NCBI RefSeq assembly: GCF_009834535.1
Contig: NC_045696.1
Span: forward strand, 95,730,001 to 95,794,000
Direction: 5' to 3'
Length of the DNA stretch: 64,000 nucleotides
Origin: Camelus ferus
Taxonomy: Eukaryota
Below, piece by piece: positions 11,040 to 23,000 of the stretch; positions within the stretch are counted from its first letter, which is position 1; every line of letters begins with the position of its first letter. The notes beneath the pieces are model-generated. The model worked only from the letters and a program-made list of their open reading frames with translations, searched no databases and was not told the origin of the DNA. Position numbers and translations under genes: made by a program.

Positions 11040-14000
11040 ATATTAAAATGATCATCCAATATATTTCATGATAATAGGATAATCTTTGTTTTATATTTTC
11101 CTAGAGTCAGTTCTTCTTCAATAAATCTTTCCATTTCAAATAAATATAAATGTATATTATTGCAGTAAAGATGTTCAAAGTATATGCTATTGTATTTTTT
11201 AAATATCTGCCAAGATATTTAGTTATATTCCCCTTTTCATTCCCTGTATTGGTTTATTAAGATACCCCTCTATTTTTTGGGTCAGTCTCACCAGAGATTA
11301 ATTATTTTTAATACTTTTTTCAAGGAACCACATTTGGTGACTTTGTTGATCCTATTGTGTCTGTTCTATTTCACCTCTTATGTTCTCATCTTTCTCATCT
11401 CCTTTTTCTCTCATTTCATCTTTCCTTCTACTTTTTAGACCTTTTTTAAAAATTTCATGAAATGGATGCTGACTTGTTAATTTTAGTAATTTTTATATAT
11501 TTATTTAAGACTGTATATTTTCCTCTGGGTACTGATACAGCTGTATTTCCTAGAGCATAATGTGTAATATTTTTATTATAATGCAGTTCAAAAGATTTTC
11601 AGATTTTCATTGTGATTTCTTCTTTCACATTTGGATTAATCAGGAAGGTATTTTAACTTCAAAACATATGGGGTTTTCTAGTGATATTTTATTAGTTATC
11701 CAAAGCATTATTCTAACTATGGAGAGAGACATAATCAAAACAACTTGATTTCTCAAATTCAATTGTGCATACAAATCACTTGAAATTCTTGTTACTATTC
11801 ATACTATTACTTGTTACTATTCATTCATTCAGGAAGTCTATGGTAAGACCCATGATTTTGCATCTCTAACAAGTGCCCAGATGCTGCTAATGCTGCTAGT
11901 CCACAGACTCTGCTATGCATATAGCAGGTCTATCTGGTTTCAGTCCTTTGAATTGATTGAGACTTGGTTTATGACTCCACATATGCTTGGTTAGAAAAAA
12001 TATTTTGTGTGTTTGAAAAGAATGAACATTCTGTTGTTTATTATTTTATATTCATTAGTTCAAATTTGTTAGGCTGTTCTAACAATTACTGAAAGAGGTT
12101 AGTAAAATTCTTCCGCTATTGGTATTAATTAGTTTATTTTTCCATTAATTTTGCTCTGTATATTTTGAGACTATGTTACTAATTGCATATAAATTCATAG
12201 GGTTTTTCCATCTTCCAGTTGAGTGGAATTATAATTAGGAATGTTGCATGTTAACTCTAGTAATAGTTTTTTTCTAACACTATTTAATCTGATTATAAAA
12301 TAACTATACTAATTAGTATTTGCATGACATATCTTTTACTATCCTTTTTCTTTCTGCCTATCTATATACCTAAATTTTACTGCATCTTGTTCACACAACT
12401 TATGTTGGGTTTTTAAATTTTACCCAGTTTGCCATTTTTTGTATTCTATCTGAATTTTTAGTCCACCTACATTAAAATTTTTATTAATATATTTGGTTTA
12501 AGTTTATTAAATTTATTTATTATTGTGCATTCTGTTTGTCTCACCTATTCCATGAGTTTTTTTTCCTCTCTTTTGCATTCTTTTGGAATATTGTTTTATC
12601 ATTCCATGATATCACCCTATGATATCTTATTTGTACATTTTTAAAGAATTCTTTTATAGGTTACACTATGGATTAAAATCAAATTCATTAATTTATCAGT
12701 GTCCATTATTATATCTTTATTATCTTCTTAGACAATAGAAAGTTATTAGAATACTTTAATATTTTGTTTATTCTCTTCATGTACTGGCTATTGTCATTGT
12801 GTATATTAATTTCTTTCTATTTTTAAATCTCACAGGACACAATTGTTATTGTTTTATACAGTCAATGTTTATTTCACTTTGGTTTGTCAATATATTTACC
12901 ATTTTTTTCCTGCTCTTTATTCTTCCTGCCTTTTTGATACTCTGTTTGAGGTTAATATTCCTCTGCCTGAACTAATCCTCTTTAAAATCCAAAGTGACAG
13001 AGGGAGGATATGGCCCAGTGGTAAAGTGTGTGCTTAGTAGGCATGAGGTCTTGGGTTCAATCACCAGTACCTTCATTTAAAACAAACAAACAAACAATAA
13101 AACCCACATAAGTAAATAAATCTAATTACCCCCCCAAAATCCCCCCCAAAAATCCAAAATGACAGTATACTGGGTTGTGAATTCTCTTGAATTTTTATTT
13201 CTCAAAAAATATCCTCATTTTGTCCTTAGAATAGAAGGATATATTCGTATTAGTCTTTCTCACCACATTCTTAATGTCTGTTCTCATTATTTTGTATTTT
13301 CTATCTTTTAATCTCTCTGTTCAATATTATAAATAATTCTTCTGATCCGTCTTCCAGTTTGCTATATTGTTACATTGCAGTCAATCTATAACAAACACCT
13401 ACATTGTAACACAAGGAGTGTAACCTTAATAAAAACTGTGGACTTTGGATGACTATGATGTGTCAGTATAAGTTCATTAATTGTAACAAATGTACCACTC
13501 TGATGGGGGATGTTGATATTGGGGGAGGCTATGTATGTGTGACAGAGAGTATATTGAAAATGTCTTACCTTTCTCTCAATTTTGTTGTGAATCTAAACTG
13601 CTCTAAAAATATAAAGTCTTTAAAAAGCGTACATTGAATGTATGTTTGATGATTAGCATTTTCTTTTGAAGTTTTATTTGTTTACTTTTCAAATATCTCG
13701 TATTACTTTCTATAGTTTCTTCCATGAACATATTTCCAACTTTTAAAATACATTTTTTATTTACATTAAATACATTCCATTAAAGTGTTTTTTCTAATGA
13801 TAACAATATCTGAATCTGGGCTATATATTTTTTTCTGTTAACTAGTTCTTATTTTCCTCTTTGTCTGTGCTTACCTTCAACTCTCTATGGATTATTGAAA
13901 TAAAAAATTAGTTTAGGAATAAATTAAAACCTGGGATCATGTTGCCTTCTCTTAGTGATGACCTGTATTTGTTTCTGGCAAGCACACATACATATATTAT

Positions 14001-17000
14001 AGTATATACTCAGGTTATATACAATATTCTGACTTCCCAATTACAGGTACTGTTATCATTTATGATTTTCTCTCAGTAAAAATGCCAGTATAGTACATAG
14101 GAAATTGTGTCAGCATTTTACATAAAAAAAGTATTAAAGTATGAAATTATTCTTCTCAATGTTCCATAAATAAGTAAAAGAAAAATATTCATATATTATA
14201 TTCATAATTTAAATGTATGAATCAAAAATTATTAAATAAAAGATAAAAGAAAATACAGTAAGTGAAGATGTTGAGCATTTTACCTGCTGAGTCACGGCTG
14301 CAGCTAAATTTCCTCCAGCACTATCTCCAGAGATACCAACTCTTCTGGGATCTACACCGTAGTTTTCAAGAACGTTGGGGTGTAAAAACCATTTTAATGC
14401 AGTGTATACATCTTCAAATTGAACAGGAAAATGATACTTTGGGGCTAGTCTGTAGCTGTAGATAGAAAAACAATATTCCTCAATCACCAATTTTTAGTCA
14501 CATACCAAAACAAGGTATGTACTCCTGATCCAAAACCAAAAGTAAAATTTTGTTTTTACTAATATATTTGAATGTTTTCTATTAACTGAAAACCGTGCTC
14601 TTCCTAATCATAAAATCTGACTGACAGTCACTAAATACTGCCATTTTTTGGTAATCAAAATGTAAAGTTTGAATGCAAAATTTCGTTCAATCTTGAGGAA
14701 AATGTCCTAGCAGTTATCTTTTCCTAGCTAAAAATATTTATAGAATGATGTTTTTGATAATTGCCAAATCTTTTTGTAAAGAATCAGTCATTATTATTAC
14801 TTATTTGCATTTCCAGAATTACTTTTCCAGCCTTATCAAAATAGTTCAATTTCGCATGACTATTACATATTAGTCCATTAATTCTGCATTTTTTAAGGTT
14901 TAAGTAGATTCTCACAGAGAATGTGTTCTATAGAAAATTAAAACCCCTCTACTTTTTCTAAAGTGTGCTCTAGAATGGACTTTGAGATATGTTCTGTCTT
15001 AACTTTCATGGTTATCTTCGGTAATGATTGCTTTCATCAATGGATTACTAGGTTCTAGGCACCATTCCAAGCACTGTTAAATGATTATAACATTTAATCC
15101 CTGTATCAATGCTGAAATATGCAAATTATTATTATTTAGAGTTAAATATTTTTAAGATATCACATAGTCAACAATTTGTAGAGCCTACATTTAATCCCAG
15201 TCCTCTGGCTCCAAAGTCCTCATCCTTAATATTCTGCTAATTATAGGGGAAAAAAGTCCAGAGATGGTAGTTAAGTCCATGTGATACTATAGGCTAATTT
15301 CACTTGAACAACTTCTTGACTTTCTGGCCTTTGTTCCTTCTTGAAAAATGTGTGTATGTCTTTTCTCTCTGATACTGGACTGGACAGTCTCTGACATTAG
15401 GTTTCTCTGTCCACACTCAGTGTCATCAGTGACAAAGATGAATTTTTGGCATAATGAGACACTCTATATAGTTGATTATATATTGATATGTAATGCATGT
15501 GGCCTAAAATCAAATCAACACAGCTCTTACTTGGTTGATACGATAACTGCATCAAGTCTGTCTGCTGTCCATCTTGATAGAAGGTCATAGCTTTCATAAG
15601 CTGAAATAAAAGAAAAAAAACTGGACTACTAATGAGAATTAAAAAATACTGCTAAGAGTAAAGTTTACTGTGATAACTTTATTTTTCTGCCCGTTATCTT
15701 GAAATATTACCTAAAGAAAAATCTAATACTTGGTTCATGTTGATAAATGCACATACTCACATCTCAATAGAATGTGAATCATTCTTTTTGGTGACCCTTC
15801 AACTTGCCCTTGAATGGCTTTCCTTTCCATTTGCTAAAATTTTTAATTGTTTATCCCAAACTAGCTTTGTTTAGCTGCCTATTATGTGACTGCCATGTAG
15901 TTAGAGTCTGGGAATGCAAATTTGAAGAGATATATTCTCTAACTTTAAGGAGCTCATATCTATGGAGGTACAGGAGTAGAAATATAGGTCAAGAACAAAA
16001 CTACAAAAAATAACTGCCTTAACTGAGGTGAGTAGAAAGTAGTGTTGAGATATAGGGAGAGATTTCTCATTAATCTTCCCAGGGGTTCTGAGTAGAATTT
16101 AGAAAGGATTTGAGTAGATTAGACACTGCAAGTTTGTATAAATATTTTCTATGAGAAGTGTGTGTGTGTGTGTGTGTATTGGAAATTGGCACTCACACAG
16201 GTACAAGTTTAGCAAAATAAGTTTGAGGAGGAAAGCTTTGAGTAGTGGGGCCTGTTTGAAAAACTGTGGTAAAACAATTTTTTTAGAAACACAACTTTAT
16301 CAACAGCAGTTAATGATACCTCTTATTGATAGTAATCAGACAGCACCTCTGTCAGTTACTTTCTGTATTCCCACTGCCAACATACAGTCTCTCCACAGAA
16401 GGGCTTCTTTTTCTTCCCTCTCATAGCAAGACTTGTCCCTCCTTCTCTGTGTTGGCGAAACTTGGCCCTCAGATCTCTAAACTCATTTAATCTGACTGAA
16501 AGGCCTTCTGCTCAGTTGATCATCCAGACTCTACTTTCCCTTCAAGCCTCAGTGCAACTACAAGCTAAAAACCCTTTTCCTTCCCCAGCATCTTCACAAC
16601 TGTTCCAAAGAATTTTGCCCCTGTTTATAGATAGAAGGGTGTCCTTTTATAACTTAAGTCTTTCATTTGGTTCTGATTTTTTTGAGAATCAGAAGTTTGC
16701 ATGGTTGTGCTGGGCATTCATAGTATTTAGCACAGAATATTCCATATTAATATTCCTATTGGGTGAATGTTTAAATAAAGATTAGTGTCACGTATGGTAA
16801 TTCATCATATGGTAATACAGCATTTGGATTTCTATATCTTCTGGTGGTATCTGACAGGTCTTAGTCACAAGGAATTCTTAGTCACAAGGAATGACTGTCA
16901 GTTCTTCCCTCACCATTTGAAAATAACTTCATGCCTGCACTCTCTAAGTCACCCAATCTAGAACACTGGTAATCAGAATCCCCTTTAGGCTTAGGGAACT

Positions 17001-20000
17001 GGGACCCTGCTCTGGGCCCCACACTTTAGAAGATCTGTTTGGACTTCTCTGATTGCCTGCTTCCCCATTGGGCATAAATCCAGCAGGGCAAAGTGGCATG
17101 TCTTTCCCTTGCAAACCACACTCTCAGGGTCCTGAACCTTGAGCCTTGAACAGTCTTTTTACTTTTAATCTGATCCTGTCCATTGTAATATCCTACATAA
17201 AAAAAGATCCTAAATGTTTTATTTCAGCATAAAAACTAAACTATTTTTCTGGAGTACATTTGATCTGGGAAAGGGATAGAAATGTTGTTGGAGAAAAAAA
17301 TAAAAGGGAGAAAAACATTATTTAGTCCTTCACTGTTAAGCAGGAGATGATTGCAAGAAATCATACTATACCTTAACATTTAATTTAAATAAATGTAAAG
17401 TCTTTCCACCTCTATATGGGCACATTAGGAAAGCATACTTGGAAAACAATTATTGGAGCCTTGAAAGATAAATAAGACATTTCTAGCAATATATTAGTAA
17501 CCTCAAAAGACAAAAATTTTTCTGTTTGCCAAGGAGCTTAATCTTCATTCTGTAAAATTTGCAAGTTTGTCAGTGCACGGTAGGATCAGAAACTCTTATA
17601 ATTTTTGTAACAAAAATGTTTTAAATTCTAAATGTTAATAAACTTTAGATTGAGATTTCAAAAGCTACATTAATTCATGTTTCTTTAATGAAAATAATTT
17701 CAGAAGCAGGAACATATTTAATTTAGATCATAATACGAGAATAGTTAATTATATTATATGAAGTGAATTTTCCATCATATCACCTTACCATTACTACCCC
17801 AACACCAGCCACCACCATGGATATAAAACAAGCCTCTTCTTAAAGATTTTGGCTTCCGTTGGGGCACATATATACGGACAGGAATGTCATTAAATGTTGT
17901 ATCTCTCACAGTTACATTTTCATCTGATGTTGGTGGAACACTTTGAAACCTTGAAAAGAACATCATGGATTCCATGGAGTTGTTTAATCCCAATATTTCA
18001 GCAAACAGGGACTAAAATGAAACACAAATATACACAAACATTCTCAGTGTCAAAAATGTTTTGAACAAAGAAGTACACACTAATATTCAATGTGATCCCA
18101 AAGTCTTAATTATGTACTCTCAGAAAAAGCAGCCATGATACCACTGGAACATACAGAAATCCAAATGCTATATATATATGATGAACTACCATAAATGACA
18201 CTAATCTTTATTAAACATTGACCCGATGGGAATAGTAATACGGAATATATCTTTCTGCGCTAAACAGTGTGAATGCCCAGCAGAACAAGGCAAAATTTTG
18301 ATTCTCAAAAAATTCAGAGCCAAATGAAAGACTTAAGTTATAAAAGGACACCCTTCTATCTATAAACAGGGGCAAAATTCTTTGGAATAGTTGTGAAGAT
18401 GCTGGGGAAGGAAAAGGGTTTTTAGCTTGTAGTTGTCCTGAGGCTTGAAGGGGAAGTAGAGTTTGGCTGATCAACTGAGCAAAAGGCCTTTCAGTTAGAG
18501 TAAATGAGTTTAGCCTAGAGAAAAACAAAAATGTGATGACAGAGAACTACAAGTCATTTGCTATTCCAGATTCCATGAGGATAAATGAGAGGAAAGAGTC
18601 CTTAAGTATTTAATAGAATATACTCACATATATTAAAAATTTAAGAAACCCAGAAACTATCATTAGATACACTGATACATTCATTTTGGTTAAGATTAAG
18701 AATTTATATTAATAAAAATATCTTATAAAGCAATTGAAAAGATAAGCCACAATGTGAATAATGATACTTGCAATACTTTAAATAAGAAAATACTAGTATC
18801 TAGAATACAAACAAACTCACAAAAAATAAGAAACAGACTAACGATTTGATAGACAAAAGACTTTAATATTTGTTTTATGAAAGGCCTAGAATGACTGGGG
18901 CTCCAAGGAACAAAAGTACTCATTTTTCAAGTATATAATTTAAAAGGAATGGTTTATATGACAAGATGGTGGAATAAGCACTATTTTAATCTCCCCTTAT
19001 TTCTCCAAATTTTATTAAAATGATGGTAAAAGAGAAATCTTAATACAGTTATGTTAAGAAAGCAAAATACAGTCAGCCCTCTATAACTTAGGGTTTAGAT
19101 CTCAGACTGGTTGAAACCACGTTTGCAAAACCCACTGATAGGAGGAATGACTGCATTCATTGTTCTATACAATTTTATATAAGATACCTGAGCATCCACA
19201 GATTTTGGTATCTGAGGGGGCTCCTGCAACCAACCCCTGCCCCCTCTGATAATGAGACATAACTGTATGATCATAGACGCTTCTGAAAAAAAGGCTTATT
19301 ATCAGGAATCATAATGACAAAAATGTTAGTTCTCCAAGCAGACATAGCAATCCTAAAATGTGTATGTATACACTAATAGGGCTTCATAATACAGGAAATA
19401 AGAACTGAAAAAACTGAAAGGAGAAATAGAAATATCCAGAATTATCCGTTGGAAATTGGCACTCCTATCTCATTAATTGACAAAGTAAATAGGAAAATGG
19501 TAAGCATATAGAAAATTTGAAAAACTCTATCAACCCAAAAGAATTAATCAACATATTGAGGACATTCCAATGACAGCAGAAATACACATTCTTTTCAACT
19601 GCATGTAGAACTTTCACAAAGATATGCCACATGAAAAAAAGAAAAAAGACATATCACATGACAAATTTGGGAAAGAAAATCTCAACAAGTTAAAAAGGAT
19701 TAAAATCATACAGAGTATGTTCTCTGTCCATACTATAATTAAAATAAAAATCAGAAACATAATTATTTATGGGGAAATTAAACAACAAACTTTTAAATAA
19801 CTCATTGGTCAAGGAAGAGATACATCTGGACAAATTGAAAAAAAAATATTTTGAACCAATTGAAAATGAAACCATAGCATAACAAAATTTGTAGAATGCA
19901 GATAAAGCACTGATTGGAAGAAAATGTATAGCTTTAAATAAATATATTAGAAGAGAAGAAAGGTCTAAGGGGAGTGATCTAAGCTTCCTCCACTAAGAAT

Positions 20001-23000
20001 TTAGAGTTAGATTAGAAAATTAAACTCAAAAGTATGGAGGAAAGACTAAAGAGGGAAAAAATCCAAAAATCAATAAAAAGGAAAACAGGTAAAGAGAACT
20101 AAAAAAGAACTAAAGGTTGATTCTTTGAAAAGAAACCATACAATTGATCACCCTCTAATCAGACTAATCAGAAATAAAGAGATGATGTAATTTACCAATA
20201 ACAGAAGTAAGTTAAATGACACTATCTTAGATGCTCAGGCTGGTAGGCACAGTAGGAAGCAGTGTGTGTGCTCAGTGTGTGCTCAGATCAACTGGCCTGA
20301 CCACCTAGCAGGTGTGCAGTGTACAGCACGGTGGGACTGGCTGAGGCCAGGAACTGGGAGAAAGGAGAGGCAGAGGCTCTGCAAGGGTGCAGTATAGGGA
20401 TCGTTATGGGAAGCTGACGTGTCCGTTCATCCTCAGATGCCACAAATATTAAATCTCTTGCTTAAGCACTGGGACAGGACAGTGTTTAACCAATTAAACT
20501 GTCATTAGATTATTACAAAATAAAAGTGTAAACATAGACATTGCAATTAAGAACAGCAGAAATTATTAGAATTCTTCAAATTATTTGATCTCTGGTTTTG
20601 AAAACTGCTACAACACTGCAAAGCAAATATCCACGGGCTCAGAAATTGAAAATAAATTTAAAGATTGCTGTATTTGTTAGAAAAGACCACTACTGTCATA
20701 TGAAGCTTTGGGTGAGTTAATGAGGAAGACATTTAAAAATTAATCTTCTTTTAAATTGAGCATAAAGCAACTAAACACATAAACAGGTATTTTGAATTAT
20801 ATGCGAACCATGAAGCTACTTTCAGTTTCTTATACAACCTCCCCAAATTATTGGTAATGTCAGAGGAAACATTAAAATTCCACTCTATAAATGTACATTT
20901 AAAGTTAAATTCAGACTTACATAAAACTGATTTGTATGAAGACTTAAATCTTTTAAGAAAAATTGTTTTATAAGAATCATCAGCTCTAGATTTACTGAAA
21001 TTTATATTTTGAAATAATTGATCAGAAATGTATCACAATGTTGTCACAGCCTATAAAATACTCTTCATAGCTCTACTAACAGCTGCATTGGCAAAATAAT
21101 TCCAGTGATGCAAGAATGGCTCCATATCTGCAAGTCAATCAGTGTGATACACTACATTAACAAATTAAAGAATAAAAATCATATGATCATCTCAATAGAT
21201 GCAGAAAAAGCTTTTGACAAGATTCAATATCCATTTATGATAAAAACGCTCAACAAAGTAGGTATAGAGGAATATATTTCAATGTAATAAAGGCCATATA
21301 TGTCAAACCTACGGCCAATGTCATAATCAACATGAAGCATTTTCTCTAAGACCAGGAACAAGATAAAGATACCCACTCCCACTACTTTTATTCAAAATAC
21401 TATTGGAAATACAAGCTATAGCAACCAGAAGAAAAAAGGAAATAAAAGGAATCCAAATTAGAACAGAAGAAATAAAACTGTCACTGTATGCAGACGGCAT
21501 ATTATATAGAGAAAATTGTAAGGATGCCACCAAAAAACTATTAGAACTAATAAATGAATTCAGTAAAGTTGCAGGATACAAAATTAATAACCAGAAATCT
21601 ACTGCAATTCTATACACTAACAGCAAATTATGAGGAGAAATTAAGAAAACAATTCAATTTACAATTGAATCAAAAAGAATAAAATACCAAGAAATAAATC
21701 TAACCAAGGAGCTAAAAGACTTGTACTGGAAAACCATAAGACATTGATGAAATAAATTGAAGATGATACAAACATATGGAAAGAGATATTGTGCTTATAG
21801 ATTGCAAGAACTGATACTGGTATAAATGACCATACTCCCTAAGGCAACTTGCAGAATCAATGCAATCCTAATGGCACTTCTCACAGAACTAGAACAAAGA
21901 ACTCTAAAATTTGTATGAAAACACAAAAGACCCAAAAGAGCCAAAACAATCCTGAGAAAGATGAACAAAGCTGGAGTCATCATGCCCCCTGATTTCAAAA
22001 CACACTACAAAGCTATAGTAATCAAAACAGTATGATACTGGGGGAAAAATCCAATGTATACATCAATGGAATAGAATACGGAGCCTAGAAATAAACCCAC
22101 ACTTATATGGGCAATTACTTTATGACAAAGGAGGCAAGAATATACAATGGGGAGAAGATAGCCTCTTCAATAAATGGTATTGGGGAAACAAGAGCTACAT
22201 GCAAGAGCTACATGCAAAATGTAAGACCTGAAACCATAAAACTCCTAAAAGAAAACACAGGCAGTATGCTCTTTGACATCAGTCTTATTAACAATATTTT
22301 TTGGATATGTCTATTCAGGCAAGGGAAACAAAAGCAAAAATAAATCAAGCTAAAAAGCTTTTGCACACTGAAGGAATCTATCAGCAAGACAGAATGGGAG
22401 AAGACAGTTGCAAATGATATAACTAATAAAGGGTTAATATCCAAGATATGCAAAGATTATTAAAATTGTGATCTTGTATTTGTCAAAAGCAACTGATTTC
22501 ACTTTCAATTACATGAATTGAAAATGAAGTTGCTAAAAGTATATTTTATTTACTTAATAAATTTATAGAAAAGCAAGCCAGAAAAACCTTGTGATCAATC
22601 AAAACATTACATTAATAAATTATTTATCATTCACTGTAATATGTAACTTACATCAAGCTTTTTTTTGAAATTTGTAACTTTATGTTATTATTCATGTATC
22701 ACTATTACCCCTATCATATTTCATGAGTAATAAAATGTCTTTAAGGGAAAAAGCTTTATGTTTTAATATCTTTGTGCTTTTTTCCCTACCTTTTGAACAA
22801 GGGTTCTTGCATTGTTATTTTGCACTGGACTCGACAAATTATATAGCCAGCCATGATGTGTACTTTGATATACACATGTGGATGGTATCGGTGCACAGGT
22901 CAGGGGCTAGACTAATATTTTGCTCCCATAATGGAGCATATATGCCAGTCCTTATCATGAACACCAGTGCACCTATAAAAACTGCAACAAAGCTGGCAGT

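Larger units (their letters stand above)
10370..13380 (-). mobile_element. Ancient L1 (L1M-type) in AADAC intron 4
   Basis: Decayed antisense ORF2/ORF1 text, interrupted by (TG)n, a MER5-like element and a SINE. Confidence 0.6.

Noticed and set aside
13001..13075. tRNA-like A/B boxes here and at 54401
   Set aside because: A-tails and TSDs identify them as SINEs, not tRNA genes.
14976..14984. HNF4-type CAAAGTCCA motif in intron 3
   Set aside because: A single 9-mer that also occurs inside an L1 at ~13439; no independent support.
16462..18528. Two similar ~105-aa ORFs on opposite strands suggesting duplicated small genes
   Set aside because: They are translations of the intronic inverted-repeat arms, start at non-ATG codons and resemble no known protein.
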